The notes: a model not told the origin generated them from the letters alone. Shown: positions 17,591-25,615, counted from the stretch's first letter. The stretch: DNA of 32,000 nucleotides from Pyrobaculum aerophilum str. IM2 (GCF_000007225.1 NC_003364.1:1230001-1262000), one strand, 5' to 3'. Made by a program: numbers and translations.

Positions 17591-18611
17591 AAAGCTCGAC
17601 CACTCTCCGTTCTATTCCCTCGTCGTATCGTTTCGCCAACTGAATTATGGCCAGGTTTTCACGGCTTATTCCCCGCCTCTCTAATCTCTTTAATGCGTCT
17701 TTTACGCTTGTAGCGTGCATAGTCGCCAGAGTCTGTAGCCCTATCTCGACGGCTGTTTTAAAAGCGTTGAAATGCTCTTCGTACTGCAACTCGCCTATGA
17801 TTATTATGTCTATATTGCGGTTAAGCGAGGCGTAGACCTCTCTAAGTTTATTGACGTTTCGTATCTTTATCTGATTCTTATCAGGATCGTCGTCAAACTC
17901 GTCGGCCTCGTCTATATAGACTCTTTGTAGCTGGCCTGGGATTAAGTCGTCAATTACTGACAGTAGAGTCGTCTTTCCAGAGCCCGGAGGCCCCGTTATT
18001 ACAATGTGGCGTCCCTCTTTAACCCAAGCGTATACGGTTTTAAGTTGCTCCTCTGTTATAAATCCCGATTTTAACATGTCAGCAACGGCTATTTTCCCTC
18101 TGTGTATTCTTATGTATGCCTGCGGCACAGGGACTACGGGCGGGAGATCTAGCGATATTCTTAGGCGTAAATCCCCCAGTTTTAAGCCGTAGCGTAGGGA
18201 CGGGTTAGACGTCGTAAGCTCAACCCCCTTTAAATACGCAATTTTCAGCAGGCTCTTCACGGTCTTGAGCTCGGCTGTAACGTCGGCCTTTTCCTTGCCG
18301 CTTTTACGCGTAATATAAATAGGCCTGCCCGGGATTACAACAATATCCTCTACTTCTCTGTCCTCTAAAAAAGGGCTGAGCTCCTCAAGGCCCACTGTTG
18401 CCAGAACTCCTCTAATTGCCATTTTTTCATTTATTCTCCTCAACACGCCGTATCTAAAGTCTAGAGTTTCGTCAATGGATTTTTTAAACACTCTGGACAA
18501 AAGCTTTATTACTAAGGGGAGTTCCTCTTTGGCGAAGTCGCAAATCCCCTTCTCAACGCACGAAGACTTGCACTCAGCGCATTCAAGTAGTCTCTTTAAT
18601 ATTGGGTACAT
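17580..18611 (-). CDS. PilT/VirB11/FlaI-class secretion-type ATPase (minimal, 343 aa)
   Basis: VEDIVVIPGRPIYI N-domain signature, Walker A GPPGSGKTT, Walker B-like IDIIIIGELQ and His-box TMHAT. An N-terminal Cys cluster CAECKSSCVEKGIC is also present. Confidence 0.85.
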   Translation of the reverse strand: MYPILKRLLECAECKSSCVEKGICDFAKEELPLVIKLLSRVFKKSIDETLDFRYGVLRRINEKMAIRGVLATVGLEELSPFLEDREVEDIVVIPGRPIYITRKSGKEKADVTAELKTVKSLLKIAYLKGVELTTSNPSLRYGLKLGDLRLRISLDLPPVVPVPQAYIRIHRGKIAVADMLKSGFITEEQLKTVYAWVKEGRHIVITGPPGSGKTTLLSVIDDLIPGQLQRVYIDEADEFDDDPDKNQIKIRNVNKLREVYASLNRNIDIIIIGELQYEEHFNAFKTAVEIGLQTLATMHATSVKDALKRLERRGISRENLAIIQLAKRYDEGIERRVVELYAS

Positions 18612-19062
18612 ATTTTCTGAGCCGTGACGCCGTGTCTCTAATAGAGAATTTGCTTACTCCGAGAATTTTTGCTATGACCTGTTTGTGAATATATATTCCA
18701 AGCCGCTCTGCTGCTAAATACGCTACCGCAGCCGCGATTACCCTAGGCGATTTACCTTGATATATTCTCTTGTCAAGACGCTGGAAAATTTGAAGCGCCA
18801 CCACCGTAACTTCAGGCACGCCTAAGGCCTCAGCGACTTTGCCAGTATACATTTTTACCATCTCGCTGTATTTCTTCTTAATACTCTTTTTGTTCTCTTG
18901 TTCAAGAGCCAGCATTATTAATTTATGCCTTACTGGTACTGGAAGCACTTGCCTAGGCCTTGGGGGCACGACCTCTGGGCCTAACACAGTCCCGCAGTCT
19001 CGGCATACATACTCGCCATCTGCTAATGTAATATTCATTGACTGACAATATGGACATTTCAT
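18583..19062 (-). CDS. Truncated TFB/TFIIB-like protein (Zn ribbon plus a single cyclin-like repeat)
   Basis: MKCPYCQS...YVCRDCGTVL Zn ribbon. One cyclin/HTH-like repeat follows (KSPRVIAAAVAYLAAERLGIYIHKQVIAKILGVSKFSIRD). At 159 aa there is no second repeat. The stop overlaps the ATPase start by 29 nt. Confidence 0.7.
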   Translation of the reverse strand: MKCPYCQSMNITLADGEYVCRDCGTVLGPEVVPPRPRQVLPVPVRHKLIMLALEQENKKSIKKKYSEMVKMYTGKVAEALGVPEVTVVALQIFQRLDKRIYQGKSPRVIAAAVAYLAAERLGIYIHKQVIAKILGVSKFSIRDTASRLRKYVPNIKETT

Positions 19063-19081
19063 GAGCCTGGGAAACTTCGAT

Positions 19082-19094
19082 TTTTAAAAATAAT
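19082..19094 (-). promoter_or_regulatory. TATA-like box for the TFB-like/ATPase operon
   Basis: An A/T box (plus strand TTTTAAAAATAAT) centred about 26 nt upstream of the minus-strand ATG at 19062. Confidence 0.4.
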
Positions 19095-19160
19095 AACTTA
19101 TATTTTTTTCTATAAAGAGAGAGTTCTCTAAAACTTTTAAAGCACTAATGCCTCCTCAAA

Positions 19161-19170
19161 ATTTTTAAAG
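19161..19170 (+). promoter_or_regulatory. TATA-like box for the Rpo8-like gene
   Basis: ATTTTTAAAG centred about 24 nt upstream of the ATG at 19190. Confidence 0.4.
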
Positions 19171-19189
19171 AGCCTCGATTTGAGCCCAC

Positions 19190-19504
19190 ATGGAGTTTTC
19201 CCTTGCCGTAGTGGATGTCACTAACGATATGCCTAACGTTATAAAGCTCAAGGGCGACGTAGAGGCGACAATAGAGTTGCCGCTAGAAAAGCTAGGAGTA
19301 GTATTTTCTGTCGGCGACCGCTTAAAATTAGTTCTACAAAAGGAGAAAGACCAAGACTTAAATAAGTACAAAGTATACGCATGGGGCATTGTCTATTACG
19401 TCGGTAATGGCATGACTAGAATCTCTATTGGGGGTTTACAACTTGACATAATGAAGGAGTTGCCGTTAAAAGCCGGGGAAAAGATTTACGTGGGGATTTT
19501 ATAG
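19190..19504 (+). CDS. rpo8: Probable RNA polymerase subunit Rpo8 (RpoG, Rpb8-like)
   Basis: The C-terminal pattern YKVYAWGIVYYVG...RISIGGLQLDIM...GEKIYVGIL resembles the Rpb8 signature Y-x-M-x-G-K-V-Y...S-F-G-G-L-L-M...Y-L-L. The size fits the crenarchaeal homologs. Motif-level call only. Confidence 0.5.
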   Translation: MEFSLAVVDVTNDMPNVIKLKGDVEATIELPLEKLGVVFSVGDRLKLVLQKEKDQDLNKYKVYAWGIVYYVGNGMTRISIGGLQLDIMKELPLKAGEKIYVGIL

Positions 19505-19507
19505 TGA

Positions 19508-19520
19508 TAAATTTTTAATG
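19508..19520 (+). promoter_or_regulatory. TATA-like box for the Sm-like gene
   Basis: TAAATTTTTAATG centred about 26 nt upstream of the ATG at 19540. Confidence 0.4.
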
Positions 19521-19539
19521 TCCTACGGTCGTTACGCGT

Positions 19540-19974
19540 ATGGCGTCTACACTGGCCGAGGCCAGCAAGCGGTTTGTGGCCGAGCTGAATAACCTCCTCG
19601 GAAGAGAAGTCCAAGTGGTGTTGTCCAACGGCGAGGTATATAAGGGCGTATTACACGCGGTAGACAACCAATTGAACATTGTGCTGGCAAACGCAAGTAA
19701 CAAGGCCGGGGAGAAGTTTAACAGAGTATTCATTATGTATAGGTATATTGTCCATATAGACAGTACTGAGAGGCGAATAGACATGAGGGAATTCGCCAAG
19801 CAAGCCGAAAAGATATTCCCTGGTATGGTGAAATACATAGAGGAGACAAACGTAGTGTTAATCGGCGACAAAGTAAGGGTGAGTGAAATAGGCGTCGAAG
19901 GGGTGGGCCCCGTCGCGGAGAGGGCGAAGAGACTTTTCGAAGAGTTCCTGAAAAGATACTCCCTGGAACAGTAA
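19540..19974 (+). CDS. Sm-like archaeal protein with a C-terminal extension (SmAP3-type)
   Basis: Sm1/Sm2 pattern (LLGREVQVVLSNGEVYKGVLHAVDNQLNIVLANA ... RVFIMYRYIVHI) plus an extra domain of about 70 aa, as described for Pyrobaculum SmAP3. Confidence 0.8.
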   Translation: MASTLAEASKRFVAELNNLLGREVQVVLSNGEVYKGVLHAVDNQLNIVLANASNKAGEKFNRVFIMYRYIVHIDSTERRIDMREFAKQAEKIFPGMVKYIEETNVVLIGDKVRVSEIGVEGVGPVAERAKRLFEEFLKRYSLEQ

Positions 19975-19989
19975 AAATACATTGTACTG

Positions 19990-20214
19990 CGGTAGCTTGT
20001 CGCTTTTTCTCCCCGCGCCTTTACGCCGCTAATAACCCGCCTCAACGTCGTAAGGCAGTACGTAACGTATATGTGTCCCCTCAGCTCCTGCCTCAGCCGC
20101 GTTAACGCCGTTATAAGCCTCCTGTATAAGACAGCATTAGGAGGCTCCAAACCGCCTCTGTAACTCAAGGGCCTCCGATAGGGCGATTTTTGCGCACCTC
20201 GTCTTAACTGTCAT
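19990..20214 (-). pseudogene. Degenerate third unit (N-domain remnant) of the tandem array
   Basis: It starts with the same ATGACAGTTAAG junction and reads MTVKTRCAKIALSEALELQRRFGAS*. After frame changes it reads ...AYNGVNAAEAG..IRYVLPYD.., collinear at DNA level with the N-terminus of ORF 20204-21043. Confidence 0.6.
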
Positions 20215-21043
20215 CGCCCCTATGGGCCACCTTAATCCAGTCGTCCACAAGCTTTATCTCCGGCCTTAGGTACACGCCGTGGGGGGTGTCAAATACGTAA
20301 AACGCGGCCATTTTTTCGCCCACTTTACACACAGCCCTTTTCTCCGTCACGAAACACGACATGGACTTGCCACGCCATTCCCCCTCCCACCAAAAGGCCC
20401 CTCTTAGGGCCCTTTCCATTGGCGCTATTCCGAATTCCCTCTTCGCGGCGCTTCTCATTTGACACAGCGCGTGGTATTCCTCAAGCCTCTTGGCCACTTT
20501 CAGCGGGTGTGCTGGCGTCTCGCCGAAACAGCGGAAATACCACTCCGTTAAGGCGTTCAGCACTTCCTCTCTAATTCTCTGCCTCCGTAATTGCTCCTCC
20601 CACTCCCTCTGCTCTTTAACCCGCCTCAACACCTCGCTGATACAGCCCCTAAGGCTTTCCCTATAGCAAAGACTCCCCTCTATCCTCACACCGTCTACAA
20701 CGGCGTAATAATACGTTTTGTATCGCGTTTTTTCTATCATAATTTCTATCTTGTGATTTTCAGCCAGCTCGTATAGGGCCTCCGCCAGCGTAGGCGATAT
20801 GCCATAGCCCTCCCACCTCTTCTTTGGCTTGTATTCAGCCATATAGCGTTTAGCGATTGTGTCGTAGGGCAATACATAACGAAAGCGTATACCCTTCCTC
20901 CCGCCTTCTGCAATAACGGCGTCAACGCCGTAGAAGGCCCCTTGCGTGAAACACCCCCAAGAGACGCCGAATTTGCGCGGTAAGGAAAAGGCCTCTGGTA
21001 GCGCCACTTTTACACACGCCGCCTTAACCGCCTTAACTGTCAT
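20204..21043 (-). CDS. Uncharacterised two-domain protein, the full unit of the WWEGEW repeat family
   Basis: 279 aa. The N-domain is MTVKAVKAACVKVALPEAF...IRFRYVLPYD... The C-domain is ...LNALTEWYFRCFGE...AFWWEGEWRGKSMSCFVTEKRAVCKVGEKMAAFYVFDTPHGVYLRPEIKLVDDWIKVAHRGDDS. The C-domain has paralogs at 21033-21410, 9626-10054 and 31052-31400. Confidence 0.75.
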   Translation of the reverse strand: MTVKAVKAACVKVALPEAFSLPRKFGVSWGCFTQGAFYGVDAVIAEGGRKGIRFRYVLPYDTIAKRYMAEYKPKKRWEGYGISPTLAEALYELAENHKIEIMIEKTRYKTYYYAVVDGVRIEGSLCYRESLRGCISEVLRRVKEQREWEEQLRRQRIREEVLNALTEWYFRCFGETPAHPLKVAKRLEEYHALCQMRSAAKREFGIAPMERALRGAFWWEGEWRGKSMSCFVTEKRAVCKVGEKMAAFYVFDTPHGVYLRPEIKLVDDWIKVAHRGDDS

Positions 21044-21410
21044 CGCCCCTATACGCCACTTTAATCCAGTCGTCTATTAACTTGATTTCAGGCCTTAGGT
21101 ACACGCCGTGGGGCGTGTCAAATACATAAAACGTTGCCATCTTATCGCCTACTTTACACACAGCCTTTTTCTCCGTCACGAAACACGACATGGGCTTTCC
21201 CCTCCATTCCCCTTCCCACCAAAAGGCCTTCCTCAGGGCGTATTCGCTGATTAGCGGTTCGGCGTATTTCTCCCCGTACTCAGCAATTGCGGTCTTTGCC
21301 ATTTCGCACATGCCGTAATACAGTTCAATCCGCCTTACTAATTTGCCCTCCTCGCCCGGCATGATGGGCCACTTAAAACATCTGCGGTACCAGTCCTTTA
21401 ACGCCGCCAT
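21033..21410 (-). CDS. Uncharacterised protein, C-domain-only member of the WWEGEW repeat family
   Basis: 125 aa, closely similar to the C-terminal half of ORF 20204-21043. Its stop overlaps the next gene's start (GGCGATGACAGTTAAG). A further 34 homologous codons upstream (to 21512) lack any start codon. Confidence 0.7.
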   Translation of the reverse strand: MAALKDWYRRCFKWPIMPGEEGKLVRRIELYYGMCEMAKTAIAEYGEKYAEPLISEYALRKAFWWEGEWRGKPMSCFVTEKKAVCKVGDKMATFYVFDTPHGVYLRPEIKLIDDWIKVAYRGDDS

Positions 21411-21567
21411 TACCTGACTCTTAAGCTCAAGTCTCCTCTGCTCCTCCTCCTTCTTCCTCCACTCCAGTACGCGGGACTCCTCGTTCTTTATGTAATCTAT
21501 GGCGCGTATGCGTTAAAATATTGCCTTAAATCTCGCTTAAGTTGTTTTTAAAAAGGCGCGGAAATAC

Positions 21568-22596
21568 GTGGAAGAGGCGCCGGGATGCATCGCGGCGGTA
21601 GAGGAGGCAGTCAAGCCGGCAGTTGTAGCCGCCGCCGGCCTGGCCGGATACGCGGCGCTACACGACGGGCTGTACTCAACGGCTGTTGTGTCAGCGACGG
21701 CCGCGGCGGTAGTACTGGCGAGGGAGGGGGCCTTTGAGAGGGCAGTGGAGTACGTAAGAAGGGCCGCCGAGGCGGCGTATGAAGCCGCGAGGGAGGTATT
21801 CGAAAAGGCGAGAATAACGTTGCAGAGGCTTTACGAGCTGTTTGTAGAGGCGGTGGCGAGAGTCCTTGACTACGTAAGAGCGCATTGGTTCATAATGGCC
21901 GCCGCGGCGGCCGGGCTGATGGCGTGGGTAGTGGCGCAACAACTGGACTACACGCTTTGGCAGAACCACATAGCGCTTAACGCCGGGGCGATAGCGGGAC
22001 TGGCAAAGGCGGCTGGCGTTGGCGATAAGTGGAAGGAAGTAGGGAATGCGGTATTGACAAAAACAGCAAGCGAGAAAGAGATTGTAGAGCGCGCCGCCCA
22101 GCTAGGCCTTGACAAAGGCGTTGTGGAGAAGGCGGTAAGCGCCTTCTCAACGCTGAGACACGCGATGGATGAGAAGCAAATAGAAAATGCAGTGTTAGAG
22201 TTAAGGCGCTTGACGAGTTACGTGCAGGCGATGAAAGCCGCCAACTACAAAAAGGCCCTTGAGGAGGCCTCTAAGGCGTGGTATGAGCAAAGAGATCCCG
22301 CGGCGCTTTGGGCTCTGGCAGTACTTGGCGCTAGGGAGACCGGCAAGAGCGTAAAGGTCTTTGAAGATGACGATGACAGAATAGCATATCTAATAGCCTC
22401 CTTCACGCTATTAAACCACTTGAGGGAGTTTGTAGAGCTGAAGAACAAGTCCTACAAGGCGCTTGAAAGGCTGGAAGGAGCTGTGAAAAGCGGCAGATTT
22501 GCCCTTAGCGACGTATGGGGTGACCTCAACGTGTTGGTAGAAGCCGCGGAAAGGGCGAAGGGAGGTTACCAACGAGCTGGACAGAATTGCATATAG
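21568..22596 (+). CDS. Uncharacterised Ala-rich membrane-anchored protein, probably the N-terminal part of a frameshifted large gene (paREP2-like, from memory)
   Basis: GTG start with a GTTTTTAAAAAGG box about 18 nt upstream. Hydrophobic A/V/G-rich segments are followed by helical repeats. The 3' end overlaps the open upstream extension of the next ORF's frame. Confidence 0.6.
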   Translation: MEEAPGCIAAVEEAVKPAVVAAAGLAGYAALHDGLYSTAVVSATAAAVVLAREGAFERAVEYVRRAAEAAYEAAREVFEKARITLQRLYELFVEAVARVLDYVRAHWFIMAAAAAGLMAWVVAQQLDYTLWQNHIALNAGAIAGLAKAAGVGDKWKEVGNAVLTKTASEKEIVERAAQLGLDKGVVEKAVSAFSTLRHAMDEKQIENAVLELRRLTSYVQAMKAANYKKALEEASKAWYEQRDPAALWALAVLGARETGKSVKVFEDDDDRIAYLIASFTLLNHLREFVELKNKSYKALERLEGAVKSGRFALSDVWGDLNVLVEAAERAKGGYQRAGQNCI

Positions 22597-22639
22597 GCTG
22601 GAGGGAGCTGGTTACAGCGGAATTGCCGAAAGGCTGAGA

Positions 22640-25615
22640 GTGGCTACGGAGAACGTAATAAGGCTTGCGGAGGCTACGCGAGACGATCTTCCCAAGATAG
22701 ACGCCACTAGAGGAGAGAGGACAGTGACCGCTTTGCTATCGCTTGTAACTGGCGGCCTATTCGGCGTCACTGTGGAGAGGGCATTGGCGGAAAGAGGCAA
22801 ATGGACAGTAGGCGCTCTTGGCATTGCGTCAGCAGTTAGGAGTACACCCTCAAACTTCTACAACGCGTTTAGCTCAGTCAGCGGCGATGAGAAGCCTTCA
22901 GAGGCCAAAAAGCTGACCTTCCGCATTGCCACTTTGCTGGCAGATCCCGCAATGAGAGAAATACTGGCCGGCAGACAGGGCGTGGAAGTACGCGTAGAGC
23001 AAAAAACAGAAAACGGCAAAAAGTACATTTATATCACGTTTGTAGACAAGGACGGCCACGAGCTCCTCAAAGCCCCATGGGATGCCGACAGGGGGTTAAT
23101 GCCGCTTTGGGCTGAGGGAGAGGTAGTAGAGCTGTTTAAAGAAGTTGGCAAATTGGCTGTGGCTGTCTCCTCCGGCTCTAAACCGCTGGAAGAGCTGAAC
23201 GAGGAGGAATGGAAAAAAGTGGTAGAAACAGTGAGGAGGGTGAAAAAGGCAATTGAATGGACCGTCAAGGCCGTTGCAATCGGCGCACTGCCCACAGACG
23301 CTGTCCTATTACCTGGGTCTGAGTACGTCCGCGGTACCTCCTCCTACCTCTCGCAGACATTTACCTATTGGGCGCTAGCTAAGGACAGAATTGGGCTCGT
23401 AAGAGTATACCCCTCCGAAGAGGGGCTAAAGCCGATGTGGCGCGTTGAGGGCAAGTACACTGAGGCGGTGCGCGAGGTGCTGAGTGTAAGCCGCGCCGTG
23501 TTTGAAAATCTATTGACACCTAACAAACAGTCGGAAGGCGGCGTTGATCTGAAGGTGGCTCTAACTGATGTTAAAATGAATGATGAATTAAAGAAGGCCT
23601 TGGAGACGGCGGCCGGCGAGTTCTGGGAGCGCGTTAATGAGCTGTTAGCACTGTGGAAACAGCTAGAAGAGGAGGCAAAGGAGAAAAAGGACGAAGAGAG
23701 GAAAAAGGTGGTAATGGAGGTAGACAAGCTGGGCAAATACCTCCGCGTCCTCCTCCCGCTGGCATATGCCGTAGAGGCGCGCAAGATGGGTGAACTGTCT
23801 AGAGAGGAGGCGGCCCTTGCGGTGATTTTCGCTGTGTTGTACGATGGGACTGTGTTTAGAGACGAAATTCTGCTTTTCATCGGCGGCCCTGAACACGTGG
23901 AAAGCCCGATTATGACCCGCGACCACTTCACCGCTTTCTGGCTGTGGGCTCTGAAGGAGCTTGGCCTTAAGCCAAGCTCAGTGTATAGGGGCAGAGGCGC
24001 GCACCATATTGCCTTCAAAGGCGCCGAGCTGAACGGCTTACTGGAGGCTGTAACGCCGGCGCTACCCGCGTTGCACGAGCTTAGGGATGCCCTGACAGAA
24101 TTCGCCGACGCGTTTAAAGTCGTTACCCGCGAGGCGGTTAAAAGGAAATTCGGCATTGACTGGGGTTACGACGTGAGAAACGAAATGTTTTTCAAAAAGC
24201 TAGAGGAAGTTGTTACAATGGCAGAGGACTACGTCTACAGAAACGTCACAGTGGAGAGGGATCAGCTGGACACAAGCGGACAGTTGCCAAAGACTGTCAT
24301 CCGCTTTAAGCTTGGCGGGGAGGAGGTGGCGTACATAACCGTATACTGGACTGGCAGTAAGCTACTAGCCCAATTCGACGGCTCTCGAGAAAAAGCCGAA
24401 CAGTTAGCCTCTATCATTACGGCTTTGGGCGGCAAGGCGGAGGTCAAACCAAAGAATGCCAAATGGACTGTTCACCTCCACACCGACGGCATAATTGCCA
24501 TTCGCCATGACAGCTGGTTAAATGCTGTGAAGGGCTTTGTTGACGAACTTTACAGTAAGGGGCTGATCAGCGAGGATAGATACGAACAGTTGGTGAGGGA
24601 CATAGCTACAGGCCCCAACACCGTCAACTATGCCGGGGTGGAGTTCTCGGTTTATCACAAGACGGAAGGTAAATACGATTTTTTAGAAATAAGGTATCAC
24701 CCAGGCAACGAGGCCTCTAAAAATGCCGTTGTGAACGCCCTAAAGGCAAGAGGGCTGAAAGAGGGTGTACACTTCACTGTGAAAGAGTACGGCGACTACG
24801 AAATTCACGTGGCTGTTGAATCGTATACAAAAGCTTTGGAAGCCTTGGCACGTAGCTGGCTGAGAAAGGGAGAGTACTACGCCATTGATGACAGAAAGCG
24901 TGTAATCAGCGTCAAGGCGGAGCACAAAGACGCAGTTGTAAATACCCTAAAAACCGCTGGGCTGGAGGAGGATAGACACTTTACGGTGAAGTGGGACGGA
25001 TACTACGTAATTCGTATTACATATGAAGGCCTCCGCGAAATCCAGCGTATGGCGCTAAACGGCGACGTGGAGGCTGAGCGCTTTATAAGGGAGCTTGAGG
25101 ATGTGCTGAGGCGCCGCCACGGCCAAAACGCAGTGAAAAGGCTGATTGAAGTGTTGACGCCGGCGAGGGAGGAGGGGACGATAGATTTACCGCTAGAAGT
25201 GCGCGACGAAAGGGGCAACGTGGTAGCCCGCGTTGTGGACTTGAGGTATGAATTCGTAATGGGCGATCAACCCGTTGGCCAGTGCGCCGGGGAGGACTGC
25301 CGCCTGCGCATAATAGTGGAGTACGAGACAGAGGGGGAAAGGAGACAGCTAAAGATAGTATGTTACTGGGTTAAGAAACAGAAAGAGAAAGGCAACGCAA
25401 CAGTCACATACTACTATGAAGCGGCATGGTCGAGAGTCAAAAACGATGTGGAAGCCGCCGTGTTGAAGGCGCTGACGGGAAAGGCGAAGAGGGGCAGAGT
25501 GCAACTCTTTTCCAGCGACTTAGACACCCTGTACCGCTTTAAGGCCCTAAAGGATGCCGTAGATAAGTGGAGAGGGGGAAAGCCACAGAGTGTTGTTCAA
25601 AGACGAGGTATATAA
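22640..25615 (+). CDS. Large uncharacterised modular protein (paREP2-like, from memory)
   Basis: 991-aa ORF with a coiled-coil-like K/E stretch and internal repeated modules, plus a paralogous fragment at 9214-9573. Its frame is open for 33 further codons upstream (from 22541) without a start codon. Confidence 0.75.
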   Translation: MATENVIRLAEATRDDLPKIDATRGERTVTALLSLVTGGLFGVTVERALAERGKWTVGALGIASAVRSTPSNFYNAFSSVSGDEKPSEAKKLTFRIATLLADPAMREILAGRQGVEVRVEQKTENGKKYIYITFVDKDGHELLKAPWDADRGLMPLWAEGEVVELFKEVGKLAVAVSSGSKPLEELNEEEWKKVVETVRRVKKAIEWTVKAVAIGALPTDAVLLPGSEYVRGTSSYLSQTFTYWALAKDRIGLVRVYPSEEGLKPMWRVEGKYTEAVREVLSVSRAVFENLLTPNKQSEGGVDLKVALTDVKMNDELKKALETAAGEFWERVNELLALWKQLEEEAKEKKDEERKKVVMEVDKLGKYLRVLLPLAYAVEARKMGELSREEAALAVIFAVLYDGTVFRDEILLFIGGPEHVESPIMTRDHFTAFWLWALKELGLKPSSVYRGRGAHHIAFKGAELNGLLEAVTPALPALHELRDALTEFADAFKVVTREAVKRKFGIDWGYDVRNEMFFKKLEEVVTMAEDYVYRNVTVERDQLDTSGQLPKTVIRFKLGGEEVAYITVYWTGSKLLAQFDGSREKAEQLASIITALGGKAEVKPKNAKWTVHLHTDGIIAIRHDSWLNAVKGFVDELYSKGLISEDRYEQLVRDIATGPNTVNYAGVEFSVYHKTEGKYDFLEIRYHPGNEASKNAVVNALKARGLKEGVHFTVKEYGDYEIHVAVESYTKALEALARSWLRKGEYYAIDDRKRVISVKAEHKDAVVNTLKTAGLEEDRHFTVKWDGYYVIRITYEGLREIQRMALNGDVEAERFIRELEDVLRRRHGQNAVKRLIEVLTPAREEGTIDLPLEVRDERGNVVARVVDLRYEFVMGDQPVGQCAGEDCRLRIIVEYETEGERRQLKIVCYWVKKQKEKGNATVTYYYEAAWSRVKNDVEAAVLKALTGKAKRGRVQLFSSDLDTLYRFKALKDAVDKWRGGKPQSVVQRRGI
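24719..25057 (+). repeat. Internal tandem duplication of a module of about 45 aa, spaced 69 aa apart, inside the 991-aa ORF
   Basis: KNAVVNALKARGLKEGVHFTVKEYGDYEIHVAVESYTKALEALA (from 24719) versus KDAVVNTLKTAGLEEDRHFTVKWDGYYVIRITYEGLREIQRMAL (from 24926). Confidence 0.6.

Larger units (their letters stand above)
19990..21512 (-). repeat. Head-to-tail tandem gene array (partial unit, full unit, degenerate unit), period 829 nt
   Basis: The junction CTTAACTGTCATCGCC (plus strand) recurs at 21032-21047 and 20203-20218. Units are collinear at both protein and DNA level. Confidence 0.7.

Noticed and set aside
19515-20168. 217-aa minus-strand ORF
   Set aside because: Most of it is antisense to the well-supported SmAP3 gene (19540-19974). 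Its 5' part is an out-of-frame read through the decayed third unit of the tandem array. The composition is that of a shadow ORF.
23365-24156. 263-aa minus-strand ORF inside the 991-aa gene
   Set aside because: It is antisense to a long ORF that has paralog support. Its S/A/L/T-rich low-complexity translation is typical of a shadow frame.
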